DNA of 22,401 bases from positions 1,520 to 23,920 of the forward strand of contig CAYVSA010000029.1 in assembly GCA_964454175.1 (NCBI GenBank), written 5' to 3'. Within the stretch, counting starts at the first letter, position 1. Every line of letters starts with the position of its first letter. Shown here piece after piece: positions 9,347 through 16,939 of the stretch. Source of the stretch: an uncultured Pseudomonadota bacterium. GTDB lineage: Bacteria; BMS3Abin14. The position numbers and the translations under genes are program-made. The notes beneath the pieces were generated by a model. It was given only the letters and a program-made list of their open reading frames with translations. It ran no database searches and was not told where the DNA came from.

Positions 9347-9374
9347 GGTAATCCATCGAGTTTACAACCTCCCG

Positions 9375-10244
9375 TTATTGCGGGACATTTTCCTGAACAT
9401 GTTGAAAGCCTATGGACAGGGCGAATACCAGCCTCTTCATTACGTCCAGATCGGGGTCCCAAAGCATGGCGGCATCAATTGTACCATTCATGTCCCTGTA
9501 TGTAAGCCCGAAGGCATACCTGGTCTGATTCCCGGCAAGGTCCTGGTACCCGGCTCTCAAAACAAGGGCGTTGAGGGGACTGAATACCAGGCCTGCCCTC
9601 GTTTCTCTTTCTCCCGGATAGGTCAGGTTAGTAGTCTCATCCAGGTCAGCGGCGAAAGAAACGCCCCATGGAAGCTTCATTGTGATGCCGTAGGCGCTTG
9701 ATCGGCCGGAAAGTACTGCGTCACTCCTGTAAACATTCCTGGCCAGGTACCCGAGGGTGAGCTTCGGCACGGGTATTAAAGTGAATCCCAGGTCAAGGCC
9801 CGATACAGCTTCGGTCTTGCCGGAAGTGCCATTTATGTGATCCCCCGAGTGGAAGCTTTCACCCAGTACAAATGTCGAGCCTGCGGACTGGGCAAAGGCT
9901 ACTCCCCACAGGTTGTTCTCGAAACCGGCAAAGGCGGGTTCGCCTATGTAGATTAAAGCTCCACGTACCTTTGATTTGGTATCAACAACGCTGTATTGGA
10001 ATGTTCCGTCAGCCGCAGACCTGTCTCTTATGAAATCCCCTCCAACATAAAAGGTTCCGTAGTGCCTCAGGGTCGCCGGGTTCCCAAGTACGGAAGAGGC
10101 ACCCCCTGTAGTTGCCAGCGCAGTTCCCCCTCTTCCCAGGGAGCGCGCGTCCGTTCCAGGTGCGGGAAAGGAAAGTGAGGCACAATACGCCGGTCCTGCA
10201 GTGATCGCTGCCGCAAAGGTGATCACCGCAATTACCCTCTTCAT
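9375..10244 (-). CDS. Secreted outer-membrane beta-barrel, PorV/FadL-like (UPF0164-type)
   Basis: Signal peptide MKRVIAVITFAAAITAGPAYCA, then the N-terminal plug signature ARSLGRGG...GNPATL and alternating strands (LDLGFTL, LTLGYLARN, LVLRAGY, YAFGLTY, LVFALSIGF). Confidence 0.65.
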   Translation of the reverse strand: MKRVIAVITFAAAITAGPAYCASLSFPAPGTDARSLGRGGTALATTGGASSVLGNPATLRHYGTFYVGGDFIRDRSAADGTFQYSVVDTKSKVRGALIYIGEPAFAGFENNLWGVAFAQSAGSTFVLGESFHSGDHINGTSGKTEAVSGLDLGFTLIPVPKLTLGYLARNVYRSDAVLSGRSSAYGITMKLPWGVSFAADLDETTNLTYPGERETRAGLVFSPLNALVLRAGYQDLAGNQTRYAFGLTYRDMNGTIDAAMLWDPDLDVMKRLVFALSIGFQHVQENVPQ

Positions 10245-10413
10245 GATGCTGTTGTTATAATCTCCTGATTGGGCTGTCAAGCACATTAAATTTTTACACC
10301 GGTCCGGGGCCCGCAAACCGGCCGAAATGCTTTGAAGTACGTTTAATTTAACTGGACACGACGGTTTAAATAAAGTATCTATCTTCTATTTTCAGCAGGA
10401 CGGGCGTGAAAAT

Positions 10414-10773
10414 ATGAAAAAAAAACATCAAAAACACTTTGAAGCGAAACTCAAGGCCTGGAAGGAAGAACTTGTCCACGAAGCGGGCAGAACCGTTGAC
10501 GGGATGGGGGAGGAGAAGGCTCAGTTCGCTGATCCTGCTGACCGGGCGACAATGGAAACCGACCGAAATTTCCTGCTGCGGATAAGAGACAGGGAAAGAA
10601 AACTCATATCCAAGATCGAAAAAGCACTTGAGAGGGTTGAGGACGGGTCTTTTGGCCTCTGCGAACACTGCGGAGAGGACATCGAGCTCAAGAGGCTTGA
10701 GGCAAGACCTGTCGCGACGCTTTGCATTGACTGCAAGACTTCTCAGGAAGAGGAAGAGAAGCTCAACAGATAA
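10414..10773 (+). CDS. dksA: RNA polymerase-binding protein DksA
   Basis: DxxDxA tip (DPADRA), RIRDRERKLISKI, Zn finger CEHC...RLEARP...CIDCK. Confidence 0.95.
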   Translation: MKKKHQKHFEAKLKAWKEELVHEAGRTVDGMGEEKAQFADPADRATMETDRNFLLRIRDRERKLISKIEKALERVEDGSFGLCEHCGEDIELKRLEARPVATLCIDCKTSQEEEEKLNR

Positions 10774-10938
10774 CCCTGCTCTCCACTGAGAGGTTACGTG
10801 GCTTCTACTCCATCAAAGCAGCCGGCCGCGATCCCGCCCCCTTTAAATAGTTGTCTTACTCATACTTTAAACCTCGTAGTTCATTCGGGCTGAACCTGCT
10901 GCAGGTGCCATCGCTGAAACCAGCCTGGAGGATGATCA

Positions 10939-11307
10939 ATGAAAACTGTACTCGTGGTGGATGACGAAGAGAGTATTCGCCTCCTTTACAAGGAAGAGCT
11001 GGAAGATGCCGGATACGGGGTTCTCATGGCGTCCGATGGAAAAAAGGCCCTCGAAGTCATTGGCAAAGATCGTCCAGACCTTGTCACTCTTGACATCAGG
11101 ATGCCTGGCATGGATGGTATCGAGGTGCTCCAGAAGATCAAACAGTTAGACAGGAGTATTCCAGTCATCATGTCCACGGCCTACGGCGAATACCGGCAGG
11201 ATTTTAATGTGTGGGCCTCGGATGCGTATATTATCAAGACGGCAAATCTGGATGAGCTCGTTGAGACGATAGAAAATCTCCTGATGGAAAGGCAAGACAT
11301 ATCATGA
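10939..11307 (+). CDS. Single-domain CheY-like response regulator
   Basis: VLVVDDE, DLVTLDIRMPGMDG, IMSTAY, AYIIK; no output domain; GGAGG Shine-Dalgarno. Confidence 0.93.
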   Translation: MKTVLVVDDEESIRLLYKEELEDAGYGVLMASDGKKALEVIGKDRPDLVTLDIRMPGMDGIEVLQKIKQLDRSIPVIMSTAYGEYRQDFNVWASDAYIIKTANLDELVETIENLLMERQDIS

Positions 11308-11310
11308 TCG

Positions 11311-11334
11311 CGTCCAATGTCCAACGTCGAACGT
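11311..11334. repeat. Degenerate 7-bp tandem repeat (CGTCCAA TGTCCAA CGTCGAA CGT)
   Basis: Read directly, starting 3 nt after the receiver gene stop. Confidence 0.6.
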
Positions 11335-11377
11335 GGCAGTAGGTAAGAGTCACTGGTTTTGAAAACCAGCTGCTCGT

Positions 11378-12427
11378 TTGCAGCCGATAACCTCTGATAA
11401 CAGTCCTGGAAATAATTTGAATATCCTGATTAAAAACCTGCTGGCTAAAAGCTTGATCGCGCTGTTTGCCGCTGTATCCATTCTGGTCGTGAACGGCTGC
11501 ACGCAGGCCCCTCCATACAGGGAGTCAAGGTTCCTGATGGGGACGTTGATCGAGATCGTCGCTTATCCTCCAACCGACAGGGTTAAAGGGGCCGTGGATG
11601 GCGCTTTTTCCAGGATGGAGGAGATCGAAGCCATGGCTGACCATCGGAGAGAAGGGTCAGCCCTCGAAACACTGCATTCCAGCAGCGATGCCGAACTGCC
11701 TGAAGAGATGGTCACCGTCATCAGTGCGGCTCTGTCCTTCGCATCAGCGAGCTCAGGAGCATTTGATCCGACCATGGGCAAGGTGGTGAGCCTGTGGGGT
11801 TTTGACCGCGATGCTCCAGGATTACCCGAAAAGGGAGAATTGGCCAAAGCCCTTAAAACAGTTGGATATGAAAGGCTCAGGTTAAACGGTTCCCGAGTGC
11901 AGGCCGACGGCCCGGTCTGGCTGGACCTGGGTGGGATCGCCAAAGGCTATGCTGTGGACGAAGCGGTAAAGTACTTACAGGAAGATCATGTCCAGTCGGG
12001 CATCGTGAATGCCGGTGGTGACCTGAGGGTCTTCGGCAAAAAGCCCGGGCGGGAGGCCTGGAAGATCGGCGTTCAGGACCCTGATGATCATCAGGGCCTT
12101 GCAGGGGTTATGACAGTCAAGAGTGGCGCTGTAGCAACCTCCGGGGACTACGAGCGGTATTTTGAAACGGGTGGTAAGCGTTATCATCACATACTCGATC
12201 CCTCAACTGGATATCCTGCTGACTCGGGCCTCAGGAGTGTAACGATCCTGGCACAGGACTGTCTTACTGCCGACAGCCTCGCAACAGCAGTGTTCGTACT
12301 CGGTTCCGAAAAGGGTTTGAGGCTGTTAAAGAATTATAAGGGATCTGAGGCGGTTTTAATAACCGTTGCTGGAGATATTCTGACCACCGACGGAGTCGAA
12401 GATGAGAAGGGTTTTGAGCGAAAATAA
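11378..12427 (+). CDS. apbE: FAD:protein FMN transferase (ApbE family), probable lipoprotein; start codon uncertain
   Basis: FLMGT, GAFDPT, LDLGGIAKGYAVD, VNAGGD, WKIGVQDP, ATSGDYERYF, YHHILDPSTGYP, ADSLATA; hydrophobic segment ending VNGC. Confidence 0.95.
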   Translation: MQPITSDNSPGNNLNILIKNLLAKSLIALFAAVSILVVNGCTQAPPYRESRFLMGTLIEIVAYPPTDRVKGAVDGAFSRMEEIEAMADHRREGSALETLHSSSDAELPEEMVTVISAALSFASASSGAFDPTMGKVVSLWGFDRDAPGLPEKGELAKALKTVGYERLRLNGSRVQADGPVWLDLGGIAKGYAVDEAVKYLQEDHVQSGIVNAGGDLRVFGKKPGREAWKIGVQDPDDHQGLAGVMTVKSGAVATSGDYERYFETGGKRYHHILDPSTGYPADSGLRSVTILAQDCLTADSLATAVFVLGSEKGLRLLKNYKGSEAVLITVAGDILTTDGVEDEKGFERK

Positions 12428-12836
12428 GAATCCGTCTCCATCAGGGAAGAGGCGAAACCTTGTCCGATCTCCTACCTTCTGGGACGGGTGCCTTTTCCTC
12501 CTCGTCGCGGTTCTCACGTTCACGGTTCCTGGCGTTCTGCCTGGAGCAGGAGGGACGGGGCCTGGCGGCGCTGAGTATCTTCTGGTGAAAACGATCGATG
12601 GTACTGCAAGGGTGCCTCTTCAAAAGGATGCTGTGCACACGGTCAACGGCCCTCTGGGGCCGGCGAAACTGATCGTGAAGGACGGGCAGGCCAGCATGGA
12701 AAGCGCCCCGTGTCCGCTGAAGATCTGCGAGGCCATGGGCCCGATCAAAGATCCAGGACAGATTATTCTGTGTATCCCGAACAGGATATCCGTAAAAGTC
12801 GAGGGGAGAAGAGCAGTCGATGCGATCTCAAGGTAA
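12402..12836 (+). CDS. Membrane-anchored NusG domain II protein (DUF1312 / EetB-like)
   Basis: N-terminal hydrophobic helix, then CPLKIC...G.I...GQIILCIPNRI and terminal DAIS, the NusG-II signature. Confidence 0.85.
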   Translation: MRRVLSENKNPSPSGKRRNLVRSPTFWDGCLFLLVAVLTFTVPGVLPGAGGTGPGGAEYLLVKTIDGTARVPLQKDAVHTVNGPLGPAKLIVKDGQASMESAPCPLKICEAMGPIKDPGQIILCIPNRISVKVEGRRAVDAISR

Positions 12837-13335
12837 GGTGGCCTACCTTGCACTTTTAATCGCCTCTGCCTTTGCACTTGCAAGTATCGAGAGGCTGGTT
12901 CCCAGCCCGGCGCCCATGATACGCTTCGGCCTGGGCAACATAATGACCCTCACGGCATTTGCAATCTTTGGTATAAGGGACGGGATCTGGGTCACGATCG
13001 GACGGGTTGCCCTGGTCTCCCTTGTTTGGGGAGGTCTTTTTTCTCCAACCGCTGTCATGTCTGCGGCGGGAGGAGCGGCCAGCCTTCTGGTTATGGTTCC
13101 ACTTGCCATGTCCGGCGGAAAATTCAGCCTCTACGGGATCAGTATCGGAGGAGCCTTTGCCCACATATTTGCCCAGCTTGCAGTGGCGTCGGCTCTTTAC
13201 GTTCAGTCTGCCGATCTATTCAGGCTGCTTCCCTTCCTCGGTTCCATAGCTGTTGTAACGGGTGCCATTAACGGAGCCGTCGCAACCCTTATGGCAAAGA
13301 GGCTGGATACTTTTTTCCCCGATCGGTCACTGTGA
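12820..13335 (+). CDS. Gx transporter family / 'heptaprenyl diphosphate synthase component I' membrane protein (EetA-like)
   Basis: IERLVPSPAPMIRFGLGN matches ExxxPxPxPGxKLGLAN; GISIGGAFAHIFAQL; several transmembrane helices; follows the NusG-II gene. Confidence 0.85.
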   Translation: MRSQGKVAYLALLIASAFALASIERLVPSPAPMIRFGLGNIMTLTAFAIFGIRDGIWVTIGRVALVSLVWGGLFSPTAVMSAAGGAASLLVMVPLAMSGGKFSLYGISIGGAFAHIFAQLAVASALYVQSADLFRLLPFLGSIAVVTGAINGAVATLMAKRLDTFFPDRSL

Positions 13336-14004
13336 TGCCGGACTTTTTGATCCGATGAAGGAGGTCATCCGTTTGTCGGTCTTTTCTCCCCGGAAAGAAT
13401 AGAAAAGGTCCCTTTCACACGAAGTGCAGTGACCAGTAGATTCAATATTTTTCTCTCTGATACCCTCGGCCACCAGCTGCGCTGACGCGGCATTTCCGAG
13501 ACTCGCGTAGGTACTGCCGCCGCGGCGTTCCAAAGACAGCGAGCTTCCCGGAATATTCATGAAGGCAGCCCTGACATCCTCACCCACTTCGTAGCAGCAG
13601 ATATCGATCGCGGGACCAAGTGCTGCTGACAAACCCTCAGGGTCGCTGCCGGTGACCTTCAGCAGGGTCTTTACAGCCTTTGCGGCTATTCCCGCTGCCA
13701 GGCCCCGCCATCCGCAGTGAACAGCTGCGACGGCACCGGTTGAGGTATCCGCTATCAGGACGGGGAGACAGTCGGCGGTCCTGATCCCAATGAAAATACC
13801 TGCAAGAGTGGCAACCAGCGCGTCTCCTTCCACAAAACACTCGCTTTTTTCCGGCATGGTTTTGCCGAGGGATATAATTCTATCGCCGTGCACCTGTCGG
13901 AGTGTGTATAACTCCCGCGGCAGCTCATCAAGGGCTGTTTTCCTTGTGCCGAACCCGTGGCTGAATCCATGAGAACTCAAGAGAGCCGATCTTATAAAAG
14001 ACAC
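13327..14004 (-). CDS. pgeF: Peptidoglycan editing factor / purine nucleoside phosphorylase (YfiH, laccase domain)
   Basis: HGFGTR, QVHG, TADCLP, AVHCGWRG, GPAI..CCYEVG, CTSC, FYSFR; GTG start overlaps the rluD stop (TAGTG). Confidence 0.92.
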   Translation of the reverse strand: MSFIRSALLSSHGFSHGFGTRKTALDELPRELYTLRQVHGDRIISLGKTMPEKSECFVEGDALVATLAGIFIGIRTADCLPVLIADTSTGAVAAVHCGWRGLAAGIAAKAVKTLLKVTGSDPEGLSAALGPAIDICCYEVGEDVRAAFMNIPGSSLSLERRGGSTYASLGNAASAQLVAEGIREKNIESTGHCTSCERDLFYSFRGEKTDKRMTSFIGSKSPASQ

Positions 14005-14954
14005 TACGCTTTCCCCTGTATCCAGCTGAACAAATCCGCGAGGTCCCCAGGCGGTGGGGCCTGGAAGGTCATTTTACGTCCCGTTGACGGGTGGCAGAAT
14101 CCAAGTTTGAGTGCGTGGAGGGCGGGGCGCTTCAGCGCTTTCAGAAGCTTTTGTGCAGCGGGATCCTTCATGTGCAGGGCCCTGACTCCCCCTCCGTAAG
14201 TGCTGTCTGCCAGAATAGGATGACCTGTGGAAGCCATGTGGACCCTCAACTGGTGGGTCCTTCCTGTGGCCGGGATAAGCTCTATAAGAGAGGTGCCCTG
14301 TCTCCGTGCAATTACCGTAAAATCCGTAACTGCCCTGCGCCCCCCCTCAACGACAGCGATCTTTTTGCGGTCCTTCCTGGACCGCCCCAGCGGTTTTTCA
14401 ATATGGCCGGAATGATCGCGTACTGTACCCAGTACCGCTGCCATGTAAACCCGGTCAATGGAGTGATCCTTGAACTGACTCGCCAGAGAAACGTGAGCAT
14501 GGTCATTCTTGGCAGCCACCATTACCCCGGAAGTGCCCATATCCAGCCGGTGAACTATGCCGGGTCTCAGTACCCCACCCACTCCCGACAGGTCGCTGCA
14601 GTGGCCGAGCAGCGCGTTGACAAGTGTTCCCCCGCTGTGGCCGTATGAAGGGTGCACAACCATGTGCGGCGGCTTGTCAATAACTACCAGGTCTGTGTCC
14701 TCAAACAGCACCTTCAGCGGGATATTTTCGGGGGTAAGCCTGGAAGTTTCAGGCTGCGGAACTGTGATAGATACTTCCCAGCCAGCCTGCAGAAGAGTGC
14801 CTGGCTTGGATCCGCGGCCGTTGATCAGCACGCAGCCGGAATCGATCAGTTTCTTTATCCTGGATCGGGTAAGTTCAGAATGTTTTAAGGTGAGAAAGAT
14901 ATCAAGCCGGCTTCCGGCCTGGCCATCATCAACGGTATGAGTTGTGCTCCCCAT
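14004..14954 (-). CDS. rluD: RluA/RluD-family 23S rRNA pseudouridine synthase with S4 domain
   Basis: RLDIFL...TRSRIKKLI (S4), DKPPHMVVHP, RPGIVHRLDMGTSG, TGRTHQLRVH, LHALKLGFCHP; rluD-pgeF pairing. Confidence 0.93.
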   Translation of the reverse strand: MGSTTHTVDDGQAGSRLDIFLTLKHSELTRSRIKKLIDSGCVLINGRGSKPGTLLQAGWEVSITVPQPETSRLTPENIPLKVLFEDTDLVVIDKPPHMVVHPSYGHSGGTLVNALLGHCSDLSGVGGVLRPGIVHRLDMGTSGVMVAAKNDHAHVSLASQFKDHSIDRVYMAAVLGTVRDHSGHIEKPLGRSRKDRKKIAVVEGGRRAVTDFTVIARRQGTSLIELIPATGRTHQLRVHMASTGHPILADSTYGGGVRALHMKDPAAQKLLKALKRPALHALKLGFCHPSTGRKMTFQAPPPGDLADLFSWIQGKA

Positions 14955-14964
14955 GGGGATGAGT

Positions 14965-15231
14965 TTACCAGATATCGGAATCTATATTCCCGAAACGTTT
15001 CACCAGGACATCCACTATGGCCCTGTTGTATGGTGTCCAGCGCTGGGGCATACCCTTATCTACCCGGGAATCGTAGAGTTTTCTTCCCTCTTCCAGCTGA
15101 TCGCTGAGATCCTCGAAGAGAGAGTCGTTCTTGATGCTCTTCCTGATAACATCCTGATTATAAAGAGCGATGTCGGACATGATGGTCCTCGCCAGGCGTA
15201 CAGCGTCCTTTGGTTCGATGATCAGGTTCAT
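14965..15231 (-). CDS. 88-aa protein resembling RomX (MglA GEF component)
   Basis: A.RLARTIMSDIALYN...I..D.LFE.L...LEEGR.LY.SRV...YNRAIVDVLV...I.S.IW matches my recollection of myxobacterial RomX; GGAGG Shine-Dalgarno. Family assignment is from memory, not a search. Confidence 0.7.
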   Translation of the reverse strand: MNLIIEPKDAVRLARTIMSDIALYNQDVIRKSIKNDSLFEDLSDQLEEGRKLYDSRVDKGMPQRWTPYNRAIVDVLVKRFGNIDSDIW

Positions 15232-15236
15232 TTCAG

Positions 15237-15653
15237 CTAATCCCTCCCCTGAAGGATCCTGGTAATTGTCGGCAGCCCTTCACCTTTTGACCTTCGGCTG
15301 TAAATAAAGACAAATAGAAAGGAGGCTGCAAAACCAACCCCCGCACCAATTATTGCCCCCATGTCAGTGCCGGTCCTGGACCACCCGACTGCAGCTCCAG
15401 CTACCATTATGAACGCCGGGAACAGGTACGTAAGTGTCGTTGCCTTGAGCAGTGACGATGCCGGCAATGTTATCAATACCCTGTCGCCGGGGTGCGCCCC
15501 CACAGAGTTCTCAACCTCCATCTGCATTGTCGTACCCGAGGTGGGGTGGCAGATATCCCTGGCTCCGCACTCGCCACAGGCCTCTGACCTGACCATGGCA
15601 ACTGTCGCCAATCTTCCGTCGACGGTCAGAACCTGTGCTGTTTCCTCAAGCAT
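15237..15653 (-). CDS. RseC/MucC-family membrane protein (SoxR-reducing system)
   Basis: RSEACGECGARDIC, N.VGA.PGDRV, YLFP followed by two transmembrane helices. Confidence 0.88.
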   Translation of the reverse strand: MLEETAQVLTVDGRLATVAMVRSEACGECGARDICHPTSGTTMQMEVENSVGAHPGDRVLITLPASSLLKATTLTYLFPAFIMVAGAAVGWSRTGTDMGAIIGAGVGFAASFLFVFIYSRRSKGEGLPTITRILQGRD

Positions 15654-15660
15654 CCCCGGA

Positions 15661-15689
15661 ATGCTATGTGAATTTAAAAATTAAATCAA
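15661..15689 (-). promoter_or_regulatory. Putative sigma70 promoter giving a leaderless rseC-romX-rluD-pgeF transcript
   Basis: TTGATT (15689-15684), 17-nt AT-rich spacer, TAGCAT (15666-15661), 7 nt, ATG (15653). Confidence 0.55.
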
Positions 15690-15735
15690 GGTTTGTGGTA
15701 TGAATTCCAGATTCCATGAAAGCTGAAACCCGGAC

Positions 15736-16650
15736 TTACTTAAAGTCACGTCCTGTCAGCATACGGTATGCTTCAAGGTACTTCTCTCTTGTTTTTGCAG
15801 CAATCCCGGCCGGCAGAACCGGAGCCGGGGGCGTCTTGTCCCAGTCCAGACTCTCCAGGTAATCCCTTACGAACTGTTTGTCAAAGCTGGGGGGACTTTG
15901 ACCAACGCTGTAACTCTCAACCGGCCAGAACCTCGAAGAGTCCGGTGTCAGGACCTCATCAATAAGAATTATCTCACCGTCGATGACTCCGAATTCGAAC
16001 TTGGTGTCCGAGATAATGATCCCCTTATCCAGAGCATAATCCCTGGCTTTTTCGTAAATCTGTATGGTTACATCCCTCAGTCTGGCGGCGGTTTCCTTGC
16101 CAATAATGTTTGCGGCTTCCTCAAAGGGGATATTTTCATCGTGGCCAGAGTCAGCCTTGGTTGCGGGTGTGAAAATGGTTTCGGGAAGAATCTGGGCCTG
16201 CTTTAGCCCCGCGGGCAGCTTGATCCCGCAGATGACCCCGTTATCGAGATAGTCTTTCCAGCCAGAGCCGGCCAGATATCCCCGTGCAATACACTCAACA
16301 GGGAACGGCGAGGTCTTTTTTACGAGGAGGCTTCTTCCTTCAAGCTGGGCAGAGTATTTTCTCAGGGAAGGCGGAAAGTCTTCCACTCTGTGGGCGATAA
16401 GGTGATTCGCGATGATATCGCTGGTGAACTCGAACCAGAACAGGGACATGGCTGTCAATATTCTTCCCTTGTCCGGTATTCCGTTGGGCATTATGCAGTC
16501 GAAGGCGGAGATGCGGTCCGTGGCTACAAGAAGCAGTTCGTCTCCAAGGTCGTAGACATCCCGTACCTTGCCCTTCCTGAAGAGTTCGAGTTCGGGGATG
16601 TCGGTGCTGGTAACTTCCAGACCGTTTCCCTGTGAGGATGACTTTGACAT
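15736..16650 (-). CDS. purC: SAICAR synthetase
   Basis: [76 protein letters not shown]. Start placed at ATG 16650, with AAGGAG upstream. Confidence 0.97.
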   Translation of the reverse strand: MSKSSSQGNGLEVTSTDIPELELFRKGKVRDVYDLGDELLLVATDRISAFDCIMPNGIPDKGRILTAMSLFWFEFTSDIIANHLIAHRVEDFPPSLRKYSAQLEGRSLLVKKTSPFPVECIARGYLAGSGWKDYLDNGVICGIKLPAGLKQAQILPETIFTPATKADSGHDENIPFEEAANIIGKETAARLRDVTIQIYEKARDYALDKGIIISDTKFEFGVIDGEIILIDEVLTPDSSRFWPVESYSVGQSPPSFDKQFVRDYLESLDWDKTPPAPVLPAGIAAKTREKYLEAYRMLTGRDFK

Positions 16651-16730
16651 TGGTGCCTCTCCTTCCCCCGATGATAAAAAATTCACTCTTACATGAAATA
16701 TATCCCGTTTGCAATTGTATTGGTGGGTTA

Positions 16731-16771
16731 GCAGAAGGCAGAAGGGGTAAGTTCAGTCCAACGTCCAATGT
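16731..16771. repeat. Two short heptamer duplications (GCAGAAG x2; AGTCCAA CGTCCAA TGT)
   Basis: At 16731-16744 and 16755-16771; the second shares its unit with 11311-11334. Confidence 0.45.
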
Positions 16772-16852
16772 GTATGTACTGATCATAAATCAAGGTGGAA
16801 TTTGGATGAATAATTGGCTGCACCAGAAACTATCTTCAGCATCGTCTTGGGA

Positions 16853-16899
16853 TTGATGATGGATGTGAGAAATGGTATGTTTTCCGGTGTCATACCGGA
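16853..16899 (+). promoter_or_regulatory. Putative extended -10 sigma70 promoter plus palindrome upstream of the HEAT/HD-GYP operon
   Basis: TTGATG (16853-16858), 17 nt, TATGTT (16876-16881) preceded by TGn; then TCCGGT-gtcat-ACCGGA (16883-16899). Confidence 0.5.
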
Positions 16900-16939
16900 T
16901 TCAGTCATATTGCGGTTTTCTTGAGAATAGGATACGGAC

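Noticed and set aside
10771-10796. Hairpin CTCTC-cact-GAGAG after dksA as an intrinsic terminator
   Set aside because: Short stem and no U-tract.
10939-11307. Receiver protein as RomR partner of the RomX-like gene
   Set aside because: It is a lone 122-aa receiver lacking RomR's linker and C-terminal region.
11311-11334. Heptamer arrays as CRISPR remnants
   Set aside because: Units are 7 bp without spacers, and no cas genes are present.
13327-13335. 9-nt tail-to-tail overlap of the Gx transporter gene and pgeF
   Set aside because: Short convergent overlaps are common in compact genomes.
14948-14959. Perfect 12-bp palindrome TCCCCATGGGGA around the rluD start codon
   Set aside because: Single short occurrence that could arise by chance; no supporting context.
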